A DNA stretch of 59,919 bases, filler included, from Sphacelaria rigidula (lineage: Eukaryota), in assembly GCA_964200075.2 (NCBI GenBank). It is 8 parts of 8 records of this genome, joined end to end, with 100 filler letters (N's around TTAATTAATTAA, not from the genome) between each part and the next. Parts side by side here need not be neighbours in the genome. Positions count along the whole stretch, not along the records: positions 1 to 7,403 come from CAXNAA020015079.1; positions 7,504 to 14,906 come from CAXNAA020015080.1; 6 more parts are not named here. One strand, given 5' to 3'. Each line of letters begins with the position of its first letter. Position 1 is the stretch's first letter. The notes under the pieces were generated by a model that worked only from the letters and a program-made list of their open reading frames with translations, was not told the origin of the DNA and searched no databases. Both the position numbers and the translations under genes were made by a program. Below, piece by piece: positions 1 through 11,618 of the stretch.

Positions 1-239
1 CTCCCTACTGCTTAATGCATCAAACGATTGCATACCACCTTCGTTCACGTCCCGGATTTCCCCCTCTAGCACGTCCCGCGCCGTCCCGTTCGGGTAGGGG
101 GGGAAGGGTTCATAGGTGTGCGTTTTTTTGTTGTTCGTGCACCCCCGACATCCCTTCAAATCGTGAGACAGTCGCGTACATATCAGGACGCAAACGGCGG
201 TAAAGGGCGAGGGAAGAGAGGACTACGGGGTCACAGAGT

Positions 240-1450
240 CTTCATCGCCCCCCATACAACGCCGTTCTCACCTCCAGCTTGTAGCCAAAAGTCTGTGAAG
301 CACCCGTCATGATATTTTCGGTCGTGTCGCCTGGACCCCGAACCAGCAACCCTCCCGTGACCGTGGGCAGCGCGGATGGGAGTGGTGTCGGCCTCACGTA
401 CACCTCGCCGACCGATATCATACTGCCGGCAAAGGTGGCACATGAGCACACGCGAGGTCGGAGTCATTGGTGTAAGCTACACCTGGCACATCAGATATAA
501 GTCGCGAGTGATCAAATCCGATCCAGTACGTACACGTCGGCCAAAGACGCGGGCTAAGGATCGCGATACCTCGAGCACATATCCGTTTTTTCGGGGACTC
601 ACCTTTGACATCCCCGACTGACGAGCCTTTTGGAAGGCCCTCTCCATACGGCCCTCAACCTCGGTCGCGAGACCGCGGTTGTGGAGGAAGAGCTCCGTGG
701 AACAATCAAGCTCGAGAGCGACCTCCGGTGGCTGCGTGCTCTCCACCCCGATCCCCATCATGACATCTCCCGCCAGGGGGAACCTGTCCGACGACAGTAC
801 GATGATCCCGACGTCATGACAGATTCACCACAATCGATCACTCTGAGGAGCACTCTGAATTCGATGATTCCCGCTCGAAGCTTGGCTGAGATTGGTCCCA
901 ACATGTATTACCACGCAAGGCATGTGCAGGGGGCAGGGAGGGGGGGGGCTTTCACCGACAGACGCTGTATGTACGTTACGGGGTCGACAGCACTGCATTA
1001 CTTCGTTGTGTCCTCAAATCTTGTAATAATGTTCAGTCGTGGCGAGAAAGCGAGGAACCGTGTAGTCATTTCCCTCGCCCATAAAGTGTCGTCAAAAAAG
1101 GGCGCACGGATTGCCTGCAAATACCTTTTTTTTCTCACCCCGCGGTGTAGTTCATCTTCAGAGCTTATCATCGAACCCCCCGACACTTACGTGCGAGTCG
1201 CAAAAGTTGGGAAGACCCATCCCGCCGGGGTGATGCTGAGTGCCAATGGGTGTGGTGGCGACATAAACTTCTTAGCGAGCCACGACCGTGTGGAAGTCGT
1301 CAGAGTGGGAGAAATTAGCCCTAAAAAGTGTTGGCGACAGCAACTGCCCCAAGGCCGCTTACATGTGGATACAAACACATACACACGCATACACATACCC
1401 GACCCCTGGCAACAATTGAAGTGATGGCCGAAAGAGCAGGCGTATGGACT
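240..1450 (-). pseudogene. Heavily decayed Ty3/gypsy gag-pol fragment (protease-RT linker region)
   Basis: Minus-strand peptide pieces (ATEVEGRMERAFQKARQSGMS...SLARVFGRR; LHMPCVVI; MISVGEVYVRPTPLP) resemble the protease-RT linker and the start of RT in gypsy elements. There are many stops and frameshifts and no intact catalytic motif. Confidence 0.35.
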
Positions 1451-1553
1451 CTTCCTGCAGCCGCCTGCCGCTTTGGACTGTAATGTAGTGCGTAGCATTA
1501 TGGTCTGTGTAATACAACCCACGTCACACTTTAGCGCAGTCAGCAATGCGATA

Positions 1554-2853
1554 CGAGCTGGGCCAGCCTAGAAGCGGATTTGAAGTTTGCAGGCCCATGC
1601 TTCCGCCAATACCTAGAGTCGGACCCTGAAATTTGGTATGGACAATGAATAGGGCGTGAAAAAAAGTATTACATCGGCACCAGAAGTTTTTATCATTTGT
1701 TTCAGGTATCAGTAAAATACTAGAATCTCTATGACACTCCCGATCGATGCATTTAGCGGATGGAGACGAATTTTAGTGTGGAGAACGCAAAAGAGCCGAA
1801 TAAAGAACAAAACGGGCCTCCATTCTTTTTTCGTAGAGGTTCAGGCGTTCTCGTGAAGAAATGGTCTTTACCGTAGTAGAACGCCCTAAACCAGTGAAGA
1901 AAAATGAAAAAAAGCAACCCGACCCACTTTGTTCTCTTGATTATGCGCTCAGAGAGCGCCCAACCAAAATATAATGCACGAAGATCAAAGATAGGCCACT
2001 GAGTGGCCTGCGAAATACTGTTCCGAATTTCTACCGACCCAGCTTGTAGAAGGCCCATGCTCCCACCAATGTTTGGGGTTGGACCTTGAAATTCGGTATG
2101 GACAATGCATAGGGCATGGAAAACAAATGACATCGGCACCAATTTATATTTTTTATTTAATGAGTCTAGGGCAATAATCAGTTATCAGTGAAATGCCCTA
2201 GACTCATTAAATAAAAAATATAAATTGGTGCCGATGTCATTTGTTTTCCATGCCCTATGCATTGTCCATACCGAATTTCAAGGTCCAACCCCAAACATTG
2301 GCGGGAGCATGGGCCTTCTAAAAGCCGGGTCGGTAGAAATTCGGAACAGCATTTCGCAGGCCACTCAGTGGCCTATCTTTGATTTTCGTGCATTATATCT
2401 TGGTTGGGCGCTCTCTGAGCGCATAATCAAGAGAACAAAGTGGGTCGGGTTGCTTTTTTTCATTTTTCTTCACTGGTTTAGGGCGTTCTACTACGGTAAA
2501 GACCATTTCTTCACGGGGACGCCTTGACCTCTACGAAAAAAAAGAATGGAGGCCCATTTCGTTATTTATTCAGCTCTTTTGCGTTCTCCACACCAAAATT
2601 CGTCTCCACCCGCTAAATGCATCGATCGGGATTGTCATAGAGATTCTAGTATTGGCGCTATCCCCCTTAGGTATAGGGATTACTAGGCATGGGGTTTAAC
2701 CAACGAGAAAATATGAGCCCAAACGTTTGAGCAGACGGACACCTTGCCCTTGATTAGACGATTGATACGATATGTGGATCACGGCCCAACTCGTCTATGT
2801 CGATGAGATACTACTTATACAGCTCAAATCCGTTTTGAGGCTGACCCAGCTCG
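1554..2853. mobile_element. Non-autonomous Tc1/mariner-type TIR element with TA target duplication and an internal palindrome
   Basis: Left end TA|CGAGCTGGGCCAGCCTAGAAGCGGATTTGA (1552-) and right end TCAAATCCGTTTTGAGGCTGACCCAGCTCG|TA (-2855) form ~30-bp imperfect TIRs with TA on both sides. No transposase is present. Confidence 0.85.
1716..2653. repeat. Long inverted repeat (arms 1716-2173 and 2194-2653, 20-nt loop)
   Basis: The arms are reverse complements with only scattered substitutions and a small A-run indel. This explains the mirror ORFs 1753..2142(-) and 2225..2527(+), which have near-identical translations. Confidence 0.97.
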
Positions 2854-2976
2854 TACAGCAGCAGTGTCGGCGGTTGGGCTCGGGATTTAGCCAGTCATAT
2901 ATCCCGCAACGTTTGCGTTTGACCGTCTTACAATATCCTCGGACCTACTCTAGCACGCCACTCAGGCCGCTTCTTA

Positions 2977-3620
2977 CGAGCTCGGCCAACCTCGAGGCGG
3001 ATTTGAAGTTTGCAGGCCCATGCTCCCGCCAATATTTGGAGTTGGACCCTGAAATTTAGTATTTACAACAAAAAAGGCATGAAAAAAATGAAGTCGGTAC
3101 CATCTTTTTTTTTCATGAGTGGATGGCATTTTCCTGAAAGCCAAATACCGGTTTTTGCCCCGGACTGTTCGAAAAAACTATTTTGGCACCGAGGTAATTT
3201 AGTTCCATGCCCCATCCGTTGTGCATACCAAATTTCAGGGTCCAACTCTAAAAACAATTGGCGGGAGCATGGGCCTTCAGAAAACAGGATCGGTCGAAAT
3301 TCGAAACAGTATTCCGAAGGCCACTCACCGGCCGGCGTGTGGTTTTTGTCTATTGAAATGTTGCGTGGGCGTTCTCCAAGGAAAAATCAACAGAACAAAG
3401 CAGGTCAGTTCTTTAATTATTTTTTCACAGGTTTTGGGCTTTCTAGAATGGTGAAGACCATTTCTTCACGTGAACAACCCAACCTCTCTGAAAATTCTTG
3501 GAAAATGAAGGCCCACTTGTTTTTATACTCGCAACACTATCGTGGTTCTCCGTGCCAAGTTTCAAATCATAATTCTAAAAATTGAGCCAAAACGTCGACA
3601 TGAGGCCCAAGAGCAACGTC
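2977..3620. mobile_element. Second member (left end) of the CGAGCT-terminated TIR family, with an internal inverted repeat
   Basis: TA|CGAGCTCGGCCAACCTCGAGGCGGATTTGAAGTTTGCAGGCCCATGCT aligns with 1554-1680. Segment ~3015-3063 is inverted at ~3226-3276. Confidence 0.75.
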
Positions 3621-4689
3621 CGTTTTCCCCCAAACTCCACTTAAAGCACAAAACAAAATGCAAAAATGAAGGTAAAAAGCGTCGCTCTTTTGTATTTTCC
3701 CCATGCCTGAAGTCGTCGGGATGGAGGGTGCAAGGAGTAGAGGCAGATATGATACGAACCCTGCAAAGCCCACCAGACTTTTTGAATCCCTTCAGAGATA
3801 TTTCACGAACCCCATCTGAGGGGGAAGGTGATGGGTTTGGGGAGCGCCTCATTCCTTTGCCTCGAGACGAAACAGCCAACACCCCATGAAAGTTTCAAGT
3901 GTGTGTAAAGAGCACTGCGTGCCAACAACATTTTGAGCAAATCAGGCACTCCCACTGGAGATCAAACTGTCTCCACAAAGCCCTCAAGACGCCACAGCGC
4001 AGTGACACTTGCAACGCACAAGACAGACCATGAGTGTGTCTGTGCTACAGCACAGTCATACAGCGCATGCCCCATTCGATAGTCCTTGCCCTGATTTCAG
4101 GTGGGTCCTAGATTTTTGCCCAGCGGCGATTTTCAAATGCTCGGCCATACTCCCGATTGCCGCGAAAATGCGTGACTTCACTTTGAGTTACCCCTATCTG
4201 TGGGAGGTGGGCAGCTTTTTCGGGGTTTTATTTTTGCCTGTTAAACGGAGCGGCCTCACGAGCGACTCGATACAGTACAGGCAGACCCTACTGTACCGCT
4301 CAAGAGGGGCGAGGTCGGTTGTTCTCACAATCCACGTTTGTCGTCTCGAACAAAATACCGCAAGTGTGAAGGGGGCCGATCCGGAAGACAATCACAATAA
4401 TAAGTTCAAATCAGAGTTCAAGACTGTGCAAGCCCGCTCCAGCGAGTGTACATCCAGCAACCGGAGCAAGGCTGGTTCCTACTCACCTCCGTGAACTCCT
4501 CTGCATTCGCATCCGGTTGCTGTGATCTTCCACCTTGAGGGAACGACTGCGAGGTGTGATCTAGGTGGGGTGTTGGAGAGGCGGGGTGGGTGATGTGCGG
4601 TTATCATACTTTTTTTCGTCTCGCGGAAGCACCTGCACTTCAGGTATCTTCAAGCTCTACTTTCCAGGGGCGATGTGCAGGTACGCCAC

Positions 4690-5100
4690 AGAACGAGCGG
4701 GTGTACCCGAGTTCGCCTGTGCGCTGTTTTTGTTTGCAAACGGGAAGGTCGCGGCGAGATACGGGCCGTGACATACACGACAACACGGACGAGACAAGCT
4801 GTTTTTGCAAGTATCTTGTGCATACTGTTGCCTTCAATCCTCATCATGAGGAACATTGCCGAGGAATGCTGGCGATGCAACCTGCCCAAATACAATCCAT
4901 GTACGTGGCACGGTGTTGAAACAATATTTGCGCCGCGAAGTGAACACAACGAAAGTACAGATTTGAACCCGAACTTGCTTTGTCCATCTGTGATGAGTGT
5001 TTTGGCGTGTATATGCCCCTACGCCTGTGAAACTCATCAAGGGGGTTTCGATCGATGCTGTACATATGCCCGTATGCCTGTGACAAGTACTCAATAGCGC
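4690..5100 (-). pseudogene. Decayed gag-like fragment with a degenerate zinc knuckle
   Basis: The minus strand reads CCRVCHGPYLAATFPF, which resembles a mutated CX2CX3HX4C knuckle. Stops are present and the family is uncertain. Confidence 0.25.
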
Positions 5101-5976
5101 AACCTCAGATTTTTGTGCGCATCGTAGTACCGGCTTACGCTGGCGCTCGCTTCGACTCACGACTGGTGTCGGCTCCTCTGACGCCAGTACCCCCTTCGCC
5201 ATTCTCCTTTCCATCCGCTTCACAAACAACAGCAGGCTTCACCCGCCACCATGCCCTTGACTGAAGCCGGCTGGCCTCTGCCCTCGCGCGTCTCGCGGAA
5301 CACTCCACCCCTTCAGTCGATCGACAACGTACCCATCAAAAACTCTGGAGATTGTACGAAAAAAGAAAATGTCGGAGCAGTTACGACTGCAGAGGAGTTT
5401 ACGAAGGTAGGTCAAAACGTCAAAAAAACTGGCTCAAAACCCTTGGGTAGTTGGTAGCTATAGTTGAGCGTGATGCGTGCCGATGCGCCTATTTCGACAC
5501 TGCATATCTCAGGGATCGCGGCGGCTGTCGGGTGAGGCAAGATTCCGACCGCGAGCGAACTAGACGGATTACGAATAAGGTGAAGGTGAGGATATCTATC
5601 ATATCTCCGTGCTCCATGAATTGTACACACCAAAAATCATCGTCACCCGCTCAATGTATCGATAGTAGGTTTCATATAGATTTTTGTCAGGTGACGAGGA
5701 TATATAATCTTCACATCCTAAACTGGCGGGGGTCGGCAAGCACAGAGTTTTGCGAGCAAATTTTTGTTTCGTGGCCAATTTCAAACCTCAGAGCCAAACG
5801 AATCTGAAAAGCAGACTAGGCTCCTCTCTGTGGGGTGATGCAACGTGTCGGAGACGTGTGTTGGCGGTTTTTTTGGATTGGGGGTCAAGCGGTGGGTCAA
5901 ACGTACAAGAAGCGAACAATCCGTGGGCTAAAAGTCTGCCCACATTATACAGATGTACCCTGAGGGTGTGGCCTGC

Positions 5977-6841
5977 TCGCAAAAAGTATATCCACCTATA
6001 TAGGTGGATCCTCATTTCCACCGTGATCTTTCATCACGACCGATCACGCGTTGTTGTTTTTTTAAGTTCGGGAGCCCACATTTTTTTCATCAGCTGCCCG
6101 TTACCGATGTTTTTGAACAAAGTAAAGCCTTCACGTGTAGTACCGTAGTGCAGGCAGTAGTCAATAGCCATACCCTCTGCACTTGCATCCACTGCCATGG
6201 ACGTGCATCTGCATGTATGTGACCTCGAACCCTACAGTGAAGACGGTATAGTACTGTACTGTATTGGCAAACCACAGCTGCCTACTGTGCTCCCGAGTAC
6301 AGCCCGTGCTCGCAACCTGGCAGAGTACAGCCTGTACTCGGACATGGAGTAGTCCAAGGTAGCAAGTACAGGCTACAGCTGTGCCGTGTTTGCGAAGCAT
6401 AGCCTATACTTGTGATGTCGTACTGTTCGCAAAATCCGCGTCCTGTGTTGTGGCACCGCATTGTACTCCTAACAACGTTTTCGTGAGATTGAGAGTAGAG
6501 CGCTGACTGAGTGGCTTTGATGATTCGCTGTAACTTCGCCAATTCTCATTCCGTGTGCGCTTTTCTTCGCATCCATCGTGTGCTTACAGCTACACGTCAA
6601 CATCCTAGTCAGGGGTATCAAGGGGCTCAGTGGCAGGCTACTAGTGGCGCTCTCAAGTTCAAAAACTTGGCTCTGGTTTTGCTCGTAACCCGAACCTAGT
6701 TTGTTGGAAAACATCGGTAACGGGCAGCTGATTGAAAAAATGTGGGCTCCCGGATTAGAAGAAACAACGCGGGATCGGTCATGATAAAAGGTCACGGTGG
6801 AAATAAGGATCCACCTACATAGGTGGACATACTTTTTGCGA
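5977..6841. mobile_element. MITE with ~145-bp terminal inverted repeats (Tc1-like ends)
   Basis: 5977-6121 (TCGCAAAAAGTATATCCACCTATATAGGTGGATCC...CCGTTACCGATGTTTT) is the reverse complement of 6699-6841. The interior is non-coding. The CAAAAAGTATATCCAC motif resembles Tc1-type TIR starts (from recall). Confidence 0.8.
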
Positions 6842-7084
6842 TCGTATACTAGTGTAATATATATATATATATATGTGTGCGTGTAGCCAAGGGGGTAGCG
6901 CGGAGAAATGTCTCGGACACATAGCCCCCCCCCCCCTCCCCAGAGGACATGATGATGAAAATGTCATGATTTTTTTGTCAGCTTTCTTGCGAGAAATTGA
7001 TCTTATATCTGAGGCAGATATCGTGAAAAAATCCGAAACACAGTAACGTAAAAAAAATCCGAAAAGAGCAGAGGCAGATATTTT

Positions 7085-7320
7085 ACGTTACTCTTAGACT
7101 TACGTCGATGTTTTGGCTCAATTTCAGAATTGTGATTCGAAACTTGGCACGGAGAACCACGATAGTGTTGCGAATAAAACAACAAGTGAGCCTTCATTTC
7201 TACGTGTTTTTCGTAGACGTGCCAAAATAGTTTTTTCTAGCAGTCCAGGGCATGAACGATCAGTAAAATGCCTTCAACTCATGAAAAAAAACTCTTGGTA
7301 TCGACGAGAGGGCACAAGAA
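7085..7320 (-). repeat. Inverted partial copy of the 2977-3620 TIR family
   Basis: 7085-7200 is the reverse complement of ~3500-3615 (both translate as MKAHL.xYSQHYRGSPCQVSNHNS). A related copy lies at 42040-42410. Confidence 0.8.
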
Positions 7321-7341
7321 AAATATTCCTAGACCCACACG

Positions 7342-7376
<35 letters not shown>

Positions 7377-7403
7377 GCGAAAAAAAAAAAACAAGAAAAA
7401 CCA

Positions 7404-7503
7404 NNNNNNNNNNNNNNNNNNNNNNNNNNNNNNNNNNNNNNNNNNNNTTAATTAATTAANNNNNNNNNNNNNNNNNNNNNNNNNNNNNNNNNNNNNNNNN
7501 NNN
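7404..7503. other. Artificial contig linker (44 N + TTAATTAATTAA + 44 N)
   Basis: The identical 100-nt linker also occurs at 14907-15006, 22410-22509, 29913-30012, 37415-37514, 44917-45016 and 52419-52518. The pieces between linkers are 7403, 7403, 7403, 7403, 7402, 7402, 7402 and 7401 nt, i.e. sorted by length. Confidence 0.99.
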
Positions 7504-7757
7504 ATGCAGACTCGTAGCTTAATGTTACGGCATATGTGAAGGATGTGTTTCAGCACGCTTTGAACCAGAGGCAGTTTCAGATGGCTGGGATTGTTCGTGT
7601 GGCAGAGGCAGAGGATCGTTCGTTGATCGTATTGGTCTACTGGGTAGGTTTTGAAGTCGAGGAGCGTACGTGGGAGCCTTTTAAAAATATTTCTGAAGCA
7701 GCTCCGGAATTTCTCAAGAAGGAGTTGCGTAAGGTGCGAGTGACTCGTTCTATTGCT
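7504..7757 (+). pseudogene. Chromodomain of a Ty3/gypsy (chromovirus-type) integrase C-terminus
   Basis: FQMAGIVRV...VLVYWVGFEVEERTWEPFKNISEAAPEFLKKELRK is a canonical chromodomain (V.W.GF...TWEP..N). Confidence 0.8.
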
Positions 7758-8007
7758 GACACTTTCCACGATAGCCCCCCCCCCCCTAAACCAGCTAAAC
7801 GTGTCACGAAAAAAAACGCCATACAGCGCCTGATGTTCGGGTTCAGGCTGCATGAAGCGCCTCATATTGGCGACGTTGGCTAAAACGAACTCAAGCATAG
7901 GAATTCCCAGCTCCTCGGTGTGCTCGGCTTTTCCCGTTTCGATTTATGTGAAGATTTTGCCTCCCAAAATCATGCACGTTTTTGGGGGGGCTATCGTAGA
8001 AAGTGTC
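7758..8007. mobile_element. ~250-bp MITE with GACACTTT(C/T)..CGATAGCCCC TIRs, copy 1
   Basis: Ends are GACACTTTCCACGATAGCCCCCC ... GGGGGGCTATCGTAGAAAGTGTC. The body matches 9538-9785 in reverse orientation. The flanks (TGCT / TACA) do not form a TSD. Confidence 0.9.
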
Positions 8008-9223
8008 TACAATTGTGGCGGCCATGGGCATATTTTTAAGATTTTGCCCCGAGCCTCGCGCTAAAGACGCTACGCAAGGAAATGCGCGAGATAGGTCAGG
8101 ATCTCGAGGCGGTCGTTGTGGCGGACAAGGTATGAGCAACCAGAGATACGGGTGCAGAGGCAAGGGCCAAAAACGAAACCAAGCGACGGAGAAGTGTAAT
8201 TCCGCCGCTACTGTATCCCAAACTGCGTTTTCAAGCGATGGCGCTAGATCTCCAGGTTCGTCTGTGTCGAGGCGGCTGACACATGTGGGAAGAGATAATA
8301 CTTTGATGGGGAGTGCTGGAGCGGAAGGCTCGCAACCCATAGGCCCGGCAGGATTTGTGTCGGGTGTGTCCCCCACTGTTGCGACGAATGCAAAAACATC
8401 GATGTCAAGCGCTGGAGCGCTGCCTTGGCGTCAAGTGACTCTTGGTACTAACCAGAGTTTTTCTTCGGCAGGTGTGGTGCCTGTCGACCGCAGCGCAGAA
8501 TGTTTGCGCGCTGATCTATCTATACCCGGTTCTGTTGGTTATTTTATGGCTCGACTTTTTCTCGATTCTGGATCAGCAATCACATCAATAAGTGTGGGGT
8601 TGCTGCAACAGCTGTCTTCACAGTTTGGGTTCGCCCAGCTACAGCAACCATTTGATAATGGACCGCAAATGGCACAGAGCGCCACGGGTGCGCCCGTGAC
8701 TATTTATCATAAAACGGTGCCTATTACTGTAAGCGTGCGAACGCCGTGGGATGCTGTGGAGATGTCGCCAATCACTTCCGCGGTCATGCCTGGCGACGGC
8801 AACGTGGCGTTGTTTGGCATGGCGACTATGAAGGAATTCGGGGTAGATTTGTATCCGCTGGCGTTGGAAAAGTTACGCCCGCGCGCTGTGCCGGTGGAAA
8901 TCGGCATGAACAACCCTAGTTATCTTCCGGCTAGGCGGGTGATCGTCCCTGAGAGGTCATTTCAAAGTGAGAGTCAGAAGGATACAAGTGGAGAGAAAGA
9001 GGAAGCTCCTGAGAGTGGAGCCGTACCGCCTATGAGGGTGCAGCCACAGTCACAGGCGACGGCTGCGAAGGCCCAGCCCAATTGCAACGATCCGGTAAAG
9101 GCCGGGTGGCTAGCTTCGTGCATTGCAGTTTTGGTGGCTTTTGGGTTACTGTACTGCAGTTTGCAGTCAAGCTTGGAAAGAGCGGCGATGAAAAGGCCGG
9201 AAATTTCTGCTCGCGAGGGGTGA
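8008..9223 (+). pseudogene. Ty3/gypsy gag zinc knuckle and aspartic protease
   Basis: YNCGGHGHI/FLRFCP is a frameshifted CX2CX4HX4C knuckle. RLFLDSGSAITSIS carries the retropepsin DSG motif and is followed by VMPGDGNVALFGMATMKEFG. Confidence 0.8.
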
Positions 9224-9960
9224 GCAAATCCAAGGTGGGGGCGCACATTCCCCCTCCCCACGAGGATATGGTGCATGGTGGGGATGAGGTGCATGGTACT
9301 CGCCCGGAGGAGGTGATGGAATTCAATTCCTCAGCGATGGAGCGAGTGGTCAGCTGGAAAATGGTGGGTCGGACAGCGGAGATCCGATCCAAGATAATTT
9401 GGCGATCAAAGACGATGTGAGCAACTTCGTGTGGTTGGAGCCCGTAAAGTCTAGTGTGGAGGCGAAAAAGGTGGAGCATTTTCTGACATGGTTCAAAGCA
9501 AAAGCGATGGGGTCGCCGGAGGTATGGGTCGGCGATAGACACTTTCTACGGTAGCCCCTCCCCAAAAAAGTGCATGGTTTTGTGAGGCAAAATCTTCACG
9601 TAAATCGAAATGGGAAACGTCGAGCACAGCGAGAAGCTGGGAATTCCCACGCTTGGATCGTTCTAGCCTATGTCGCCAATATGAGACGCTTCATGCAGCC
9701 TGTCCCCGAACATCAGGCGCTGTATGGCCATTTTTTTAGTGACACTTTTAGCTGGTTTCGGGGGGGGGCTATCGTAGAAAGTGTCGATACGGGATGGCAT
9801 GTGAAGAATTGTGCGGTGAGAGCGTATAATAAGGCGTTGATGGATCGTAGATTTCGGATGGTCAACTTGCCGTTGTCCCATCGTAAATGTAAGCGAATGA
9901 TGCGTGGTATTGCTCATAATATGTTGTCAGGTCAGATGCTTAATGAGGGTGGTGTGGTGT
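9220..9960 (+). pseudogene. Gypsy integrase core fragment interrupted by a MITE
   Basis: KDDVSNFVWLEP...GSPEVWVGD|[MITE]|TGWHVKNCAVRAYNKAL. Removing the MITE and one GATA copy restores the reading VWVGDTGWHVKN. Confidence 0.7.
9538..9785. mobile_element. ~250-bp MITE, copy 2, with 4-bp GATA target-site duplication
   Basis: GATA|GACACTTTCTACGGTAGCCCC ... GGGGCTATCGTAGAAAGTGTC|GATA (TSD at 9534-9537 and 9786-9789). Confidence 0.92.
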
Positions 9961-10859
9961 CCTCGAGAGCTGCTGCTATGCGGGACTGTATGATTGTTCC
10001 CGTTTCACCCCTCGTTTCACTTGATCAAGCGACTGAAACAGGAGAAATTGTCGATGCGCAAGCTTCTGTGAAGGCAGAGTATTTGTCACATCGGTTCGGC
10101 AGTAAGGATATGCTGTTTGGTGACATGCTGAGATGCACCATGGGGGTGCTAGATGTGAAAGGCTTTTAGAGCATGAGGAAACACATAATGACTGATATTT
10201 TCGAATCGTTTTCTAACGAATAAAAGTTGTTATGGTGTGTGTTTTGGGTCATGTTTGTGTCGCTGTTCGCGCATGAAGCATGGCAGTAGAGCGGGTGTGC
10301 TCGTGTTGCGTTCGCTGGAAAATGCCGGTGTACGCGTAGAATTTGGTATGCTTGTGTTTTGCTGCTCTGAGTAGCATGCATGATGCATGGTTTGTGCAAC
10401 ACAGGTTGAATTGCAGGTCCTGAGTCAAATATTGGCATGGATGTACGAATTTTTGTATGCTGAGTGGGATCTTGGCATGCATGTGGAATTTTCGCTCGAA
10501 TGCCACTGATGTGCATGGTGTCTGATGACCGTCAGGGTGGGGCAGTTAACAAAATGCTGCTGAATAATGAGCGAAATGTGTCGGCTCGTACTGACTGTAG
10601 GAGATGGTGACTGCTGCTGATGTCGTGAAAATGAGCTGAAATTACGAAATGCGTAGGCTCGTTGTCTGTGAGCAGAGATCACACGAGTTTTCGTGTGTTT
10701 GAGGATAAAAAGAAGTATGCACGTATGAAAACTGATCCTTGCTCCTGGCACGTTTTTGGCGATACTTTGAAGGTATCGCGCCAGGTGAGGTTGTTCAACT
10801 TGATTTTTGTATATCGGAAGTAGCGAACTTGACGGTACTAACTGCCTGATGGTTTGCTG

Positions 10860-11285
10860 TATGTTTGTTATCCCGGATGATTTGTCAAATTTCGTTTGGT
10901 GAGAACCAACCGAGGATTGCACTGCCGAGGTTACGGCTGAGTATTTGTTGCAATTGTGCAAGACTTTGGGGGTGCGGCGTGTGTGGGTTAGTGAGACCGC
11001 CACGCACTTCGAGAACCGAGTACAAGAATCGCGCAGCAGAGCGAAGCGCTGGAGGTGCAACACCCATTTGATGTTGCGTATACCCATTGGTCGAATGGTT
11101 CTGAAGCAATGGTCATGTTATTGTTTTGGTCGATTGAGATGGGTTCGGTGCTGAAGAAAGTACGTAGAAGTCTCTTCGAAAGATATGTTTTTGCGCCTGA
11201 ATTTGTTGCGCAGGAATTGCGTAAACTGAGGTTGACTCGGGCGCTGACAAGTGAATTAGCGTCGGAGTATGGCATTTGTTTGTGA
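10860..11285 (+). pseudogene. Internally deleted gypsy integrase core and chromodomain tail
   Basis: DDLSNFVW..; LGVRRVWVSETATHFENRV; QHPFDVAYTHWSNG; APEFVAQELRKLRLTRALTSELASEYGICL*, which is homologous to 7690-7757. Confidence 0.7.
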
Positions 11286-11363
11286 TTTGGAGCATGCGAA
11301 TTCGCCTTGGTTTTTGTTGGTTGTCAAGCTCGTTCGTTTGTCTTGAACTCGCTTTGGGGGTGC

Positions 11364-11618
11364 TGTAGCCAAAATACACCAAGGCGTAGTTGATGTAGCA
11401 TGTAGGATCCTGGATGATGACCAGGGGACAAGGGCATCCTGTGGATGATGACCCTTGCTGTGTAGCCTAAGCCTGATGGTACAGGTCGTGGCTGCTCACT
11501 TCATGATAATGATAAGGTGTTGTAAAGGCTGAAAACTGAGACCTTGAGGCCAGAAGAGCTGGGGATTCCCTCAACAGCATTTAGACGTTGCAGTACTAGC
11601 AGACCTGCTAGCGTCACA
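11364..11618 (+). mobile_element. Probable 3' LTR of the gypsy element
   Basis: Follows the pol stop and a G-rich PPT-like tract (GGGGGTGC). It begins TGTAGC and a candidate end reads GTCACA (TG...CA). No second LTR is present to confirm it. Confidence 0.55.

Noticed and set aside
1753-2527. Divergent duplicated genes (two near-identical ORFs)
   Set aside because: They are a by-product of the palindrome. They start at non-ATG codons, have no recognisable domain and lie inside a non-autonomous element.
7448-7459. TTAATTAATTAA recurring every ~7.5 kb as a possible regular repeat or piggyBac-type site
   Set aside because: It is always embedded in exactly 44+44 Ns, so it is a synthetic linker.
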